DNA of 32,000 bases. Source: Okeania sp. (GTDB lineage Bacteria; Cyanobacteriota; Cyanobacteriia; Cyanobacteriales; Microcoleaceae). The position numbers and the translations under genes were made by a program. The stretch spans positions 1 through 32,000 of the forward strand of contig NZ_JAYKGW010000042.1 in the NCBI RefSeq assembly GCF_035285525.1. Reading direction: 5' to 3'. Positions 9,640-18,977 of this stretch are shown piece after piece; within the stretch, counting starts at the first letter, position 1; every line of letters starts with the position of its first letter. The notes below the pieces were generated by a model. That model was not told the origin of the DNA, searched no databases, and saw only the letters and a program-made list of their open reading frames with translations.

Positions 9640-10375
9640 AGGTGGTCGTTCATACAAATCCTCCTAGGGACATTATTTATATAGAATGTCCCTATTTTTG
9701 TCTTCCCATCAAAAAACTCTGTAGAATTAACCACAAGGCGATTATGACTAATGTCATTGCCTCCCAACAAATAAAAACGGGGTTGTGGAGATGCTTAAAG
9801 GCAGGGAGGGGTATCACCGGAGTTCCCAGAACAAGGTACACCCCAAGGTGGTGTAGTATCACCACTACTAGCCAACATAGCATTAAACGGTATAGAGGAC
9901 ATCCACCCATCCGTAAGATATGCGGAGGATATGGTGTTCTTCTTAAAACCAAAAGATAACGCTGAGAAGATTTTAGAGAAAATACAGCAGTTCCTAGACA
10001 AACGTGGGATGAATATATCAGCAGAAAAGACAAATATAACACAGGCAACGGCAGGCTTTGACTTCTTGGGATGGCACTTTAAAGTGCAAGAAAACGGGAA
10101 GCCTCGTAGCACTCCCTCAGAGGAAAACTACGAAAAACTCCGCAAGAAGGTAAAAGCTATAGTCAACAACTCTGTATTAGCCACTGCCACCAAAGCGAAA
10201 AAGCTAAGTCCCATTATTAAGGGTTGGAGAAATTACCATCGGTACTGCAAGATGGACGGTTCAAGGTTTAGTCTATGACTAAGCCATGGAACCTGTAAAA
10301 AGTTCCTAAAGAATAAAAACAAAGGCAAAAAGGAAGCCAGAAAACTCATAAATCAAGGATTTCCAGGTGCGAGGG
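9640..10375 (+). pseudogene. Remnant of a group II intron reverse transcriptase/maturase. It is 5'-truncated, frameshifted and has an in-frame stop. No ribozyme 5' end or domain V is recognisable.
   Basis: Frame 1 from 9799 reads GTPQGGVVSPLLANIALNGIEDIHPSVRYAEDMVFFLKPKD (RT motifs, with YADD changed to YAED), then GFDFLGWHF and SPIIKGWRNYHRYC (maturase X domain). The upstream piece IKKLCRINHKAIM...LWRCLKAG is in frame 3, so there is a frameshift near 9805-9820. After the TGA at 10276-10278, the same frame still reads maturase-like (LSHGTCKKFLKNKNKGKK). Confidence 0.85.
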
Positions 10376-11062
10376 GTAATACCCTCCATCGACTCTAACA
10401 AACTTAAGTTGATTTAATTGAGCTAAAAATCAATTTATATGTTACAATGTATTATATACCCCAATTGATGTTAAAAAACATCCATTTTGGGTAATGTTTA
10501 TTAAGAGATTGTATGAAAAAACAACCAAATTTTTCGCCTTCTTTGTTAACTATATAGGAATAGTTCGGTTATCTCTCTGTTGTTGTAGTTGCTTCTTAAA
10601 TTATGTTAAGCAATCATGGAATTAATCTAGATAGTTAAACATATAAGCAATAGTTTTATCTAATTTTTCCGGAAACCAAAAAAGATAAGTTGGAGTTAAT
10701 CTCAGTCCTTAAGACTCTGAAAGAAAAATTAAAATTTTTTACCTACGGACAAAAGGTGAACAATTAATTGAGGAATTTAGTCAAGACTTGTATTACAAAC
10801 AAGAAAAGCAAACTAATACTTACTCCAGCTTGCATACAAACTGAAATATAAAATTTATCAATAGATGCTATGTAAAAATTAAATTTATCTTATTATTTCA
10901 TGTAAATCATGTAAATAAAGATAAAAAAGTCCAACTATAAAGTTTTTTTTCTACTTTATAGAATTTTGGGGGATGGGCGAACCTATCCTTATCTAGTTGT
11001 CTCTATATATACATACCTCCACTATCAGGAGCAAACCATAACTACTGCAATATTTATTATTA

Positions 11063-12091
11063 ATGGAGTTTACTACAAGAATGTCAAAATTAAATCAAGA
11101 AACTAAAACTCAGAAGACAACTAAAACTACAATTAGCGGTAGTCTTTACTCCTCAATGGATACAGTTCGTACTTATTTGCGTGAAATTGGTCGTGTACCA
11201 CTCCTAACTCGCGAAGAAGAAATTGTTTATGGTAAGCAAGTGCAGCAAATGATGCAACTGCTGGAGTTGAAAGAAAAATTAGAAGAAAAAATTAAGAGAG
11301 CAGCAACCGAACTAGAATGGGCAGAATATGTAAAGCTAAGTTTAGAAACACTTCAAAAACAGATTAAGCAAGGTCAACGTGCCAAGCAAAAAATGATTGA
11401 GGCTAATCTGCGTTTAGTAGTAGCGATCGCCAAAAAGTACCAAAAACGAAATATGGAATTTTTGGATTTGATTCAAGAAGGTACTCTGGGATTAGAGCGG
11501 GGGGTAGAAAAATTTGACCCTACACGAGGCTACAAATTTTCTACTTATGCCTACTGGTGGATTCGTCAGGCAATCACTAGAGCGATCGCTCAACAAGCTC
11601 GTACAATTCGTTTACCAATCCATATTACGGAAAAGCTCAATAAAATCAAAAGGATTCAGAGAGAGCTAATTCAGAGTTTAGGTCGTAGTCCTACTCCTTC
11701 TGAAATTGCTCAAGCTTTAGAACTAGAGCCTGCTCAAATTAGAGAGTATCTTTTGATGGCCCGTCATCCTATTTCTTTGGATTTACGAGTTGGAGACAAT
11801 CAGGACACAGAACTGCAAGAACTTTTAGAGGATGAGGCATCATCTCCTGATGACTATATCACTGGTGAGTTATTACGTCAAGACTTAAATACTTTATTAG
11901 GAGAATTGACTGAACAACAACGTCGTGTCTTAATATTGCGTTTTGGCCTTGAGGATGGTAAGGAGATGTCTTTGGCTAAAGTAGGAGAGAGACTCAACCT
12001 CAGTCGTGAGCGAGTTCGCCAACTAGAACATCAAGCTTTAGCCCATTTACGTCGTCGCCAAGCTAAGGTCAGAGAGTATGTAGCCAGCTAA
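11063..12091 (+). CDS. Group 2 sigma-70 family RNA polymerase sigma factor (SigB-E type).
   Basis: 342-aa ORF with region 2 (NLRLVVAIAKKYQKRNMEFLDLIQEGTLGLERGVEKFDPTRGYKFSTYAYWWIRQAITRAI), region 3 (RTIRLPIHITEKLNKI) and region 4 (LTEQQRRVLILRFGL..MSLAKVGERLNLSRERVRQLE). The exact paralog cannot be assigned by eye. Confidence 0.95.
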   Translation: MEFTTRMSKLNQETKTQKTTKTTISGSLYSSMDTVRTYLREIGRVPLLTREEEIVYGKQVQQMMQLLELKEKLEEKIKRAATELEWAEYVKLSLETLQKQIKQGQRAKQKMIEANLRLVVAIAKKYQKRNMEFLDLIQEGTLGLERGVEKFDPTRGYKFSTYAYWWIRQAITRAIAQQARTIRLPIHITEKLNKIKRIQRELIQSLGRSPTPSEIAQALELEPAQIREYLLMARHPISLDLRVGDNQDTELQELLEDEASSPDDYITGELLRQDLNTLLGELTEQQRRVLILRFGLEDGKEMSLAKVGERLNLSRERVRQLEHQALAHLRRRQAKVREYVAS

Positions 12092-12542
12092 AATAATTAA
12101 TAATTAACAATTAATAATTATTAATTACCTTTTCTTATGAATAAGAGGATTGGCTGAAAGGAATTTTTTTCTTGATCTTGGTCGATTGGATATGCGGTTT
12201 TCGGGGCTTGAGCTGACATGAAACACTGGGTGACATACATGAATAGGCTTTATACCCTAATTTTTCGGTAAATGTGTTTAGAGATCAAGAGATTTCCTGT
12301 ACTTCCCTTTGAAATATCCCTAATAAATAGGGACTGAAAATTTTGTAGGGATTGTCGAAAGTTTATTGACATTATTCCTTGTGGAGGTGGTTATTTTTAA
12401 TGATTCCCTCTACAAGGAATTTTATTTGAGAAAGATAACTTTAATGTTGTGGTTGAAAAAGCAACAAAAATTGTTATGAAAATATACCATTGCCCTTTTA
12501 TACGGGTATGATAATGATGTAGATAATAATTAAGCAATATTC

Positions 12543-12998
12543 GTGATTTTTAGGTTAGTGGCGATCGCAACCTACTCTATGTTGACTTATGGTGTACTTA
12601 ATAAGCCAATAATACACCATCAATATATTTCTGTTAAGTTTAGGGAAGAAAGGCCAAAGATTTCTTATATGGATAATAATAATATGTTGCAGACTAATGG
12701 AATTTACCTTTTTGGTCAGTCTAAGCAACCAAATCAAGTTCAGAATGAGTATTTTATCTTTGAGTTCAGGAATGGTAAGGTAATTGGTGCTTTTTACCTA
12801 CCTTATTCATCTTTTTACTGCTTTTATGGTTTTCATCAACAGAAAAGTTTACAGGTAAAGGTTATAGATAGTTATGATGATACTGCTTCTGACTACATAG
12901 TAGATTTGACAAAATATTACTCACTTACTGAAGCAACTGATAATGATTTCCGAGTATTAAAGACTTGTCGAACTAACTATCAACACTTAGTTTGGTAA
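12543..12998 (+). CDS. Hypothetical protein (GTG start in the ORF track; the true start may be an internal Met).
   Basis: 151-aa ORF in an otherwise ORF-free spacer, with non-repetitive composition. The antisense ORF 12555-12737 is shorter. I recognise no motif. Confidence 0.5.
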   Translation: MIFRLVAIATYSMLTYGVLNKPIIHHQYISVKFREERPKISYMDNNNMLQTNGIYLFGQSKQPNQVQNEYFIFEFRNGKVIGAFYLPYSSFYCFYGFHQQKSLQVKVIDSYDDTASDYIVDLTKYYSLTEATDNDFRVLKTCRTNYQHLVW

Positions 12999-13445
12999 TT
13001 GAATGTTATATTATGATTGGTTGAATACTTAATTATCAAAAGTAATACTATATTTGTGAAGTGCTAAAATAATCAGCTAGAAAATAGATATTATTAAAGA
13101 CTTAATATCGTATTAATAAATAGTATTTATAAATATAAACTTCAAATATAGCAAAATTTTTGATAATTGGTATGATTAAGCAAAAAAATCTAGAGTTTTT
13201 CTGTTTTTTTTGCTTTAGTAAAGATAATATCTATAGCAATCTTAAATGGGTGGTGAAAAATCAATAAAGTAACTAAAAAAACTGAAATTTTCACCTGTTA
13301 CCTTTTCCCTAAAAGCAATGCAATTTTATACAGGAATAAAGTAGGATTGCTATAAGTGTGAATTTTGTTTCACGCAGGTACACAAACTATCTGGCAAAAT
13401 ACCTGCGATATTCTTCTTTTTTAATTAAGTGATTAAGAATTAAAA

Positions 13446-14045
13446 TTAATATTCAATACCAGGTTGGGCTTTGATACCTTGTTCTCTAAAAGGATGTTTA
13501 ATCATTTTCATTTCTGTTACTAAATCAGCTTTTTCAATTAGTTCAGGGGGTGCGCCTCTACCTGTCAAAATAATATGAGAATTTAATGGTTTTTCTTCTA
13601 AGCCTGCTAATAAATCTTCTAACTTTAAATAACCTAATTTTAGGGTTACATTAACTTCATCAAGCAAGACTAATTTAATGTCTGGGTTACGGATAAAAGT
13701 TAAAGCCAAATTCCAAGCTTCATAAACTTTCTGAATATCGCGCTCCCGGTCTTGAGTTTCCCAGGTAAACCCTTCACCTAAAGCATGAAAAGATATTTGT
13801 TGGCCCCACTTGTTAAAAATTGCTTTTTCTGCGGGTTCCCAAGCTCCTTTAATAAATTGGATAACTGCTACTCGAAAGCCATGTCCTAGAGAACGCATTA
13901 CCATACCTAAGGCTGCTGTAGTTTTGCCTTTACCGTTCCCAGTATTGACAATAATTAAGCCTTTTTCTTCAGCAGCTTGAGATACTCGTTGTTCTTGTAC
14001 TTCTTTACGACGCTGCATTTTCTGTTTATATTGCTCTGGAGTCAT
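13446..14045 (-). CDS. cobO: Cob(I)yrinic acid a,c-diamide adenosyltransferase (CobO/BtuR type).
   Basis: 199-aa ORF with the P-loop NTGNGKGKTTAALG, then VIQFIKG, LDEVN, ILTGRGAPPELIEKADLVTEM and the typical tail HPF..GIKAQPGIEY. Confidence 0.92.
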   Translation of the reverse strand: MTPEQYKQKMQRRKEVQEQRVSQAAEEKGLIIVNTGNGKGKTTAALGMVMRSLGHGFRVAVIQFIKGAWEPAEKAIFNKWGQQISFHALGEGFTWETQDRERDIQKVYEAWNLALTFIRNPDIKLVLLDEVNVTLKLGYLKLEDLLAGLEEKPLNSHIILTGRGAPPELIEKADLVTEMKMIKHPFREQGIKAQPGIEY

Positions 14046-14092
14046 TTCAGTTATCAGTTATCAGTTATCAGTTATCAGTTATCAGTTATCAA
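14046..14092. repeat. STRR heptamer array (TTATCAG / CAGTTAT), about 6 units, directly abutting the cobO start codon.
   Basis: Read directly: CAT|TTCAGTTATCAGTTATCAGTTATCAGTTATCAGTTATCAGTTATCAAG. Confidence 0.95.
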
Positions 14093-14204
14093 GACTTCCT
14101 GTGATAGGCAGGAAATTTGAGGCATTTTAAAGTCTATATCATAGTCAAGCTTAATTTGTCAATCAATATTGAAGAAACCAACCAATTTGAGAAAATAATA
14201 TAGC

Positions 14205-14295
14205 CAGGACTTACAGAAAGGTACTATATATAGAGCCAAAAAACTATTGTACAACAGTTTTAAGCACTATATCTATGGTAAGTGCGTAAGTCCTG
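14205..14295 (+). mobile_element. Family E MITE-like element, copy 2 (91 bp, TIR CAGGACTTAC.G. / TGCGTAAGTCCTG).
   Basis: Aligns with the reverse complement of 4282-4374 and with 14391-14468. Confidence 0.7.
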
Positions 14296-14386
14296 ATAGC
14301 AATTCTAAATGAAGTTGCAAGATTTGATTGTAGGGTTTTGGTTTCCTTTCCCCAAGTGTCAAGGAATTTGGAGACCAAACCCCTAC
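14296..14386 (-). repeat. Family H hairpin element, copy 1: a long imperfect palindrome GTAGGG(G)TTTGG...CCAAACCCCTAC plus a ~34-nt tail ending in GATTGCTAT.
   Basis: The hairpin spans 14330-14386. The tail ATAGCAATTCTAAATGAAGTTGCAAGATTTGATT matches the tails at 15917-15950 and (inverted) 19403-19436. Confidence 0.7.
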
Positions 14387-14390
14387 AGTT

Positions 14391-14468
14391 AAGGTACTAT
14401 ATATAGAGTTAAAAAAGTATTTTGCAATAGTTTTAAGGACTATATCTAGGATCGCTGCGTAAGTCCTG
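14391..14468 (+). mobile_element. Family E MITE-like element, copy 3. It lacks the left TIR and begins immediately after the family H hairpin.
   Basis: AAGGTACTATATATAGAG..AAAAA..TATT...AGTTTTAAG.ACTATATCTA...GCTGCGTAAGTCCTG aligns with copy 2. Confidence 0.65.
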
Positions 14469-14578
14469 AAACATTAATAATGATAAGACATTTTCAGGAA
14501 ATGAGGAAGTACAAGGTCTAGAAAATACACAAACTAAATTAATGAAAACGGACTTTTTCTCAACACCTTCGACATTCT

Positions 14579-15862
14579 TTAATTATCCTGCTGTTGCTGC
14601 CAATCAGATATAATTTTTTCTAAATACCAAATCCTATCTTTACCAGGATATCTTTCTTTCATATTTGCAATTAATTGTTCTGCCATTTCCCAATATCCAC
14701 CAACCATTCTTAAGAGTTGTTGTTTAAGTTGATTATATTTAGCATCTTGATCAATATTCTGATTTTGACTATAAACAGATGTCCGAATTTTCTTCAAATT
14801 TTCTAATGTTTTTTTATAGTTATTCCAATCTTCTACTTCTCCAAATAATCGAGCAGCATTTTGATAGTCATCTATAGCTTTTTTTATTTCTTCTAATCGG
14901 GAATAAATAATGCCTCGATGATAGAAAGCTTTAGCTTCATTAGGATTAATTTTTAATGCTTGTTCATAATCTTTTATTGCTTTTTGATACTCACTCATAT
15001 CTCGATAAGCATTACCTCTATTTACATAGATAAGTGAATTATTAGGTTCAATTTTTAAAGCAGTATTAAAGTCAGCGATCGCTCCTTGAAAGTCTCCTAT
15101 TTGACTACGAATCATTCCCCGATTTCGATAAGCTAAAACATCTTGATTATCAAATTGCAAAGCTTGATTAAAATCTGATATTGCTCCTAAATTATCTCCT
15201 TGTTTATAACGAATAATTCCTCGACAACAATAAGCTTGAGCATCTGAACTATCTACTTGTAATGCCCAGTTTAAATCTGTTATTGCTCCCTGGCGATCAC
15301 CTTTTTCAAATTTTCTGACTATTCGACTTAAAAATATTTTACTATCATCTTTTTGCCACTGAAGATTACTGTCAGTTTGAACAAAAGCAGAAGCTAAGTT
15401 TTGCAACTGTTTAATATTATCCAAACATTTCCGACAGTTAATAGCATCTTTCTGTTCTAAATACAATTCTGCTCCACGTTTAAAATTAGTAATTGCATCT
15501 CCTAGGTTATCTTGTTTACGGTAAGCATTACCTAATAATTTATATGCTGGAGCGTAGTTATTATTAATCGTAATTATTTGATTAGCATCTGCAATAGTTC
15601 CGGGAATATTTCCTATTGCTAAGTTGGCAATACCACGGGCAAAATAAGCATCTATATAATTAGAATTAATTGTCAAAGCTTGAGTATAATCTGCAATTGC
15701 TATTTCTATATTTCCTAAGTCAAATTTTGCTAAACCTCTACCATAATAAGCTTCTGCAAAATTAGAATTAATTTCTATAGCTTGGCTAAAATATTCAATT
15801 GCTGCTTGATAGTTTCCAGCACGAGATTTAGCGACGGCTTGATTATAAATTTCTTGTTCCAT
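14579..15862 (-). CDS. Tetratricopeptide (TPR) repeat protein.
   Basis: 427-aa ORF with about 9 recognisable 34-aa TPR units (e.g. AEAYYGRGLAKFDLGNIEIAIADYTQALTINSNY, IDAYFARGIA..., VLAYRNRGMIRSQIGDFQGAIADFNTALKIEPNN). Confidence 0.9.
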   Translation of the reverse strand: MEQEIYNQAVAKSRAGNYQAAIEYFSQAIEINSNFAEAYYGRGLAKFDLGNIEIAIADYTQALTINSNYIDAYFARGIANLAIGNIPGTIADANQIITINNNYAPAYKLLGNAYRKQDNLGDAITNFKRGAELYLEQKDAINCRKCLDNIKQLQNLASAFVQTDSNLQWQKDDSKIFLSRIVRKFEKGDRQGAITDLNWALQVDSSDAQAYCCRGIIRYKQGDNLGAISDFNQALQFDNQDVLAYRNRGMIRSQIGDFQGAIADFNTALKIEPNNSLIYVNRGNAYRDMSEYQKAIKDYEQALKINPNEAKAFYHRGIIYSRLEEIKKAIDDYQNAARLFGEVEDWNNYKKTLENLKKIRTSVYSQNQNIDQDAKYNQLKQQLLRMVGGYWEMAEQLIANMKERYPGKDRIWYLEKIISDWQQQQDN

Positions 15863-15916
15863 GACACTAAGATTTATTTTATAAAATTATTTATGAGTTG
15901 TCAGCATTTAGCAGTT

Positions 15917-16011
15917 ATAGGAATCTTAAAATAGGTTGTAAGATTTTATCGTAGGGATTTGGTCTGCAAATCCTTTAGCATAGTATTTGGGTTTGGAGAC
16001 CAAACCCCTAC
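15917..16011 (-). repeat. Family H hairpin element, copy 2.
   Basis: GTAGGGATTTGGTCTGCAAATCC...GGGTTTGGAGACCAAACCCCTAC preceded by the tail ..AGGAATCTTAAAATAGGTTGTAAGATTTTATC. Confidence 0.7.
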
Positions 16012-16086
16012 ATCTTTTTCTCACATCTGATTCCTGATTGCTACAGCATTCAGCTAACAGTTACTAATTGATTATCTTTTTAGTAA

Positions 16087-16169
16087 TAGACATCTCCAGA
16101 AAAGAGGGAACTGGGAACTGGGAATAGGAAGAAAGAATTGATTTAATTTTTCATTTTTGGAGATGTCTA
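16087..16169. repeat. Family P element, copy 1: inverted termini TAGACATCTCCAGAAAAG / TTTTTGGAGATGTCTA enclosing GGGAAC(T)/GGGAATA/GGAAGAA heptamers.
   Basis: Read directly. A longer copy lies at 18978-19090 and a left half only at 31243-31259. Confidence 0.75.
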
Positions 16170-16387
16170 ATAGTTAGTCTTGAGAAGTTTACAGAGAATT
16201 AAAAGTATTGGAAAAAACTGACTTTGACAAAAGAAAATATATTTTTATTCTTGATTAAACAGCTACAAGGTGAACGCTAATAGTTGAATTATTACTATTA
16301 GTTAACCTGAAAATTTAAAAAAGCTGTTGGTACAGTATTCCCCAGGAAATACTAATAGCTGAATGTTAAATTGGGTGCATCTCATAT

Positions 16388-16625
16388 TTATTTGTAAAAA
16401 TCATCTTTTTTCTATTATCTGTTCCTTGTTCCCTGTTCCCTATTCCCTGTTGCTTAAATTTCCAAAAATCCTTTTTTCCCTATTCCCTATTCCTTGTTCT
16501 CTGTTCCCTAAATTTGCAAAAATCCTTTTTTTCTTATTCCCTATTTCCTATTCCCTGTTCCTTGTTCCCTATTCCCTAAATTTCCAAAAATCCTTTTTTT
16601 CTATTACCTATTTCCTATTCCCTAT
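16388..16625. repeat. Tandem array of about 4 units (periods 53-68 bp). Each unit is a ~22-bp anchor AAATTT(C/G)CAAAAATCCTTTTTT plus a variable number of TTCCCT(A/G)/TTCCTTG heptamers. The array ends exactly at the histidine kinase stop codon.
   Basis: Anchors at ~16391 (degenerate), 16457, 16510 and 16578. The 91-aa ORF 16363-16638 is a product of the repeat. Confidence 0.9.
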
Positions 16626-18724
16626 TACAACTTATTGAGGATTGCCATATATTTTTTTTGTTCTATATTCTGTGTTATTGGAATCTCAATAAAAAATTCT
16701 GTTCCCACTCCTAAAGTAGAAATACAACTCAATTTTCCGTGATGTTCATCTACTATAATTGAGTAACTAATAGATAATCCTAAACCAGTCCCCGAACCCA
16801 CAGGTTTAGTAGTCATAAAAGGGTCAAATATTTTGGCTTGAGTTTGTTCTGTCATTCCACAACCATTGTCAGAAATTTTGATTTGTACCGAATTAGAATC
16901 TGTCACTTCAGTCTTAATTAAAATTTGCGGATTCTCATTTTTTTCTCCTCGACTGATGGAAATTTCTAAAGCATCTATAGCATTTTCAATAATGTTGAAA
17001 AATACTTGATTTAATTTACCAGGATTACAAACAACTAGGGGTAAATCTCCATATTCTTTGGTAATATTAATTTGCTGATTACTTTGATTTCCTAGCTTTG
17101 TAGAAGTGTAACAACGATGCTGTAAAATCGAGAGACTAGACTCAATATTTTTATTAATATCTACTGATTTTCTAATTGATTCATCTAACCGGGAAAAAGT
17201 TCGTAAATTCCTAACTATATTACTAATTCTGTTAGCTCCATATTTCATTGAATTTAACAATTTATGTGTATCTTCCACCAAAAATTCTATATCTATTTTT
17301 GAGAGAATATCGTTAATTAAATCTGTAGGTTGAGGATATTCTTGCTGATAAGCATAAATCAGTTCTAATAACTCATCAAAGTATTCAAGGGCATAATCAA
17401 CATTCCCATAAATAAAAGTTACAGGATTATTAAGTTCGTGAGCTATTCCTGCTACCATTCGTCCTAAACTTGACATTTTTTCAGTTTGAACTAATTGAGT
17501 TTGATTATTGGAAAGCTTTGCTAAAATTTCCTCAGTAGTTAATAGCTTTTCTAAAGTTGTTTCTAATCTGTGCATTTGCTCTTGAATTTTTTTATCTCTT
17601 GCTTCAAGTTCTTCTGCCATAAAATTAAATCCTTTAGCTAACTTATCTACTTCATCATTATAGGTAACAGGAAGTCTAATTTTTAAGTTACCACTTGCTA
17701 ACTTTTCTGTAGCATTAGTCATTGTATCAACTCGACCTGCAATTAAACCTGATACTAAATAACCGACGAAAATAGCTATTATCGATCCTACCAAACATAA
17801 TAGACTAATCAATATCCAAAAATTTCTTTTTGTTACTTCTAAATCTTTTCTATCATAGAGAATAACTAATTCTAATTTAGTAGTATCTAATCTTGATACA
17901 GATATAGTCTGAACAGTATATAATGTACCGCCAACTTTAATTTTTTCTAATTCCTGATTAGATAATTCTTGAATTTTTTCATCAGGAAAACTGTAAGCTT
18001 TTGGGAAACTAGAAGCAATTATTTTTCCCTTTTTCAAAGCAATAAGTTCTTCTTTTGTTCCCTGAGTTATTTCTGCTAGTAATTTATCATCGATAACTCT
18101 ACCAATAATAATACCCCCAATAATTCCTTCCTGAGATTTTATGGGCGCAGTTCCGATTAATATAGATGGTATTGATTTTTCTGTAGTAACAATATTAGAA
18201 GAATATACCCCATTAATTACCTGTGAAACTATGGTTGGATTAGTAATTTCTTTTTGTTTAAACTTGGGACTGCGTAAATTTATTAACTGATTGCCATTTT
18301 GATCTATGAGCTGCATTAAATCTAGAGATAAACTGATTTTTAAAGGTAATAATTGTTGCAAAGTTTCTGTTTTATCTTTTAATTGTAATGCTTTTCTAAC
18401 TGTTGTTCCCTCCACTATTAATTTAGCATCTAACTGCATCTGCCTTATTTTTTTGTGAAATGTTCTTAAAATTAACGAAGCAACACCTTTGACTTCTTGT
18501 ATTTCTTTTTCTTCAATATATTTAAGAAATAAATAACTAATACTAAAAGTTCCAGAAATCCAAATTAAGAGGAAAACTAAAACAAATGGAATACTAATTT
18601 TTTGTCTTAAAGGTAGTTTGGGATAAGGATTGAAAGGAACATTTTTTACTAATCCAATTAAAGAAGATAAACCTCGATTAAGTTTTCCTTTATTAGGATT
18701 AGTCTGGTTTTTAGTACCACGCAT
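16625..18724 (-). CDS. Membrane sensor histidine kinase (N-terminal TM, extracytoplasmic sensor domain, second TM, HAMP, coiled coil, HisKA, HATPase_c).
   Basis: 699-aa ORF. Two hydrophobic segments (ISIPFVLVFLLIWISGTFSISYLF and FWILISLLCLVGSIIAIFVGYLVSGLIA), a HAMP-like NDEVDKLAKGFNFMAEEL, the H-box VAGIAHELNNP, and N/G boxes FFNIIENAIDAL, DNGCGM, GSGTGLGLSISYSII. Confidence 0.93.
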   Translation of the reverse strand: MRGTKNQTNPNKGKLNRGLSSLIGLVKNVPFNPYPKLPLRQKISIPFVLVFLLIWISGTFSISYLFLKYIEEKEIQEVKGVASLILRTFHKKIRQMQLDAKLIVEGTTVRKALQLKDKTETLQQLLPLKISLSLDLMQLIDQNGNQLINLRSPKFKQKEITNPTIVSQVINGVYSSNIVTTEKSIPSILIGTAPIKSQEGIIGGIIIGRVIDDKLLAEITQGTKEELIALKKGKIIASSFPKAYSFPDEKIQELSNQELEKIKVGGTLYTVQTISVSRLDTTKLELVILYDRKDLEVTKRNFWILISLLCLVGSIIAIFVGYLVSGLIAGRVDTMTNATEKLASGNLKIRLPVTYNDEVDKLAKGFNFMAEELEARDKKIQEQMHRLETTLEKLLTTEEILAKLSNNQTQLVQTEKMSSLGRMVAGIAHELNNPVTFIYGNVDYALEYFDELLELIYAYQQEYPQPTDLINDILSKIDIEFLVEDTHKLLNSMKYGANRISNIVRNLRTFSRLDESIRKSVDINKNIESSLSILQHRCYTSTKLGNQSNQQINITKEYGDLPLVVCNPGKLNQVFFNIIENAIDALEISISRGEKNENPQILIKTEVTDSNSVQIKISDNGCGMTEQTQAKIFDPFMTTKPVGSGTGLGLSISYSIIVDEHHGKLSCISTLGVGTEFFIEIPITQNIEQKKYMAILNKL

Positions 18725-18946
18725 TTTTTTATTAACTAATTAAAAGTAAAAATATATATCACATTCTATTGTATTACAGTTATCTACTATTCAGCATTAC
18801 TTTCCTTTTTCCCTTACTTTTGTTTAAGCATTTAATCTGTATTCAGTTTTGATAATATTTTAATATAAGAACTCTATTTTATTCATGTCAAAAATCTTGC
18901 TACTTTTTGGTATGGAGGTTTGGAGGTAATGAGCAATAGGTCATTT

Positions 18947-18974
18947 CAGTTATTAGTTATCAGTTATCAGTTAT
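18947..18974. repeat. STRR heptamer array (CAGTTAT/TAGTTAT) x4.
   Basis: Read directly. Confidence 0.9.
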
Positions 18975-18977
18975 CAT

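Noticed and set aside
7919-10375. Possible diversity-generating retroelement (an RT next to a protein with two near-identical repeats that could be a TR/VR pair).
   Set aside because: The RT has the group II intron maturase X-domain motif (GWRNYHRYC) and is a decayed fragment. Differences between the two PPC repeats are spread over all four bases rather than confined to adenine positions. Both repeats are also internal parts of one ORF.
10668-10673. TCCGGA hexamers (the DIF1-type heterocyst promoter motif) upstream of the sigma factor gene (10668), at 20781 and at 26446.
   Set aside because: No acceptable -10 hexamer (TAnnnT) lies at 16-18 nt spacing downstream of any of them. A 6-mer occurring three times in 32 kb is not informative on its own.
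12305-12362. A single CRISPR-repeat-like sequence (TTCCCTTTGAAATATCCCTAATAAATAGGGACTGAAAA followed by TTTTGTAGGGATTGTCGAAAG). It resembles the ...CCC..N..GGGA(C/T)TGAAAC 3' halves of cyanobacterial repeats.
   Set aside because: It occurs only once, with no periodic array, leader or cas genes. It could be an orphan degenerate repeat, but that cannot be supported from this window.
14046-14578. Cobalamin riboswitch expected upstream of cobO.
   Set aside because: The whole upstream spacer is accounted for by the STRR, two family E elements and a family H hairpin. No B12-box-like sequence was seen.
16363-16638. 91-aa ORF (LFPVPYSLLLKFPKILFSLFPIPCSLFPKF...).
   Set aside because: It lies entirely within the heptamer/anchor tandem array, and the periodic low-complexity peptide is a repeat artefact.
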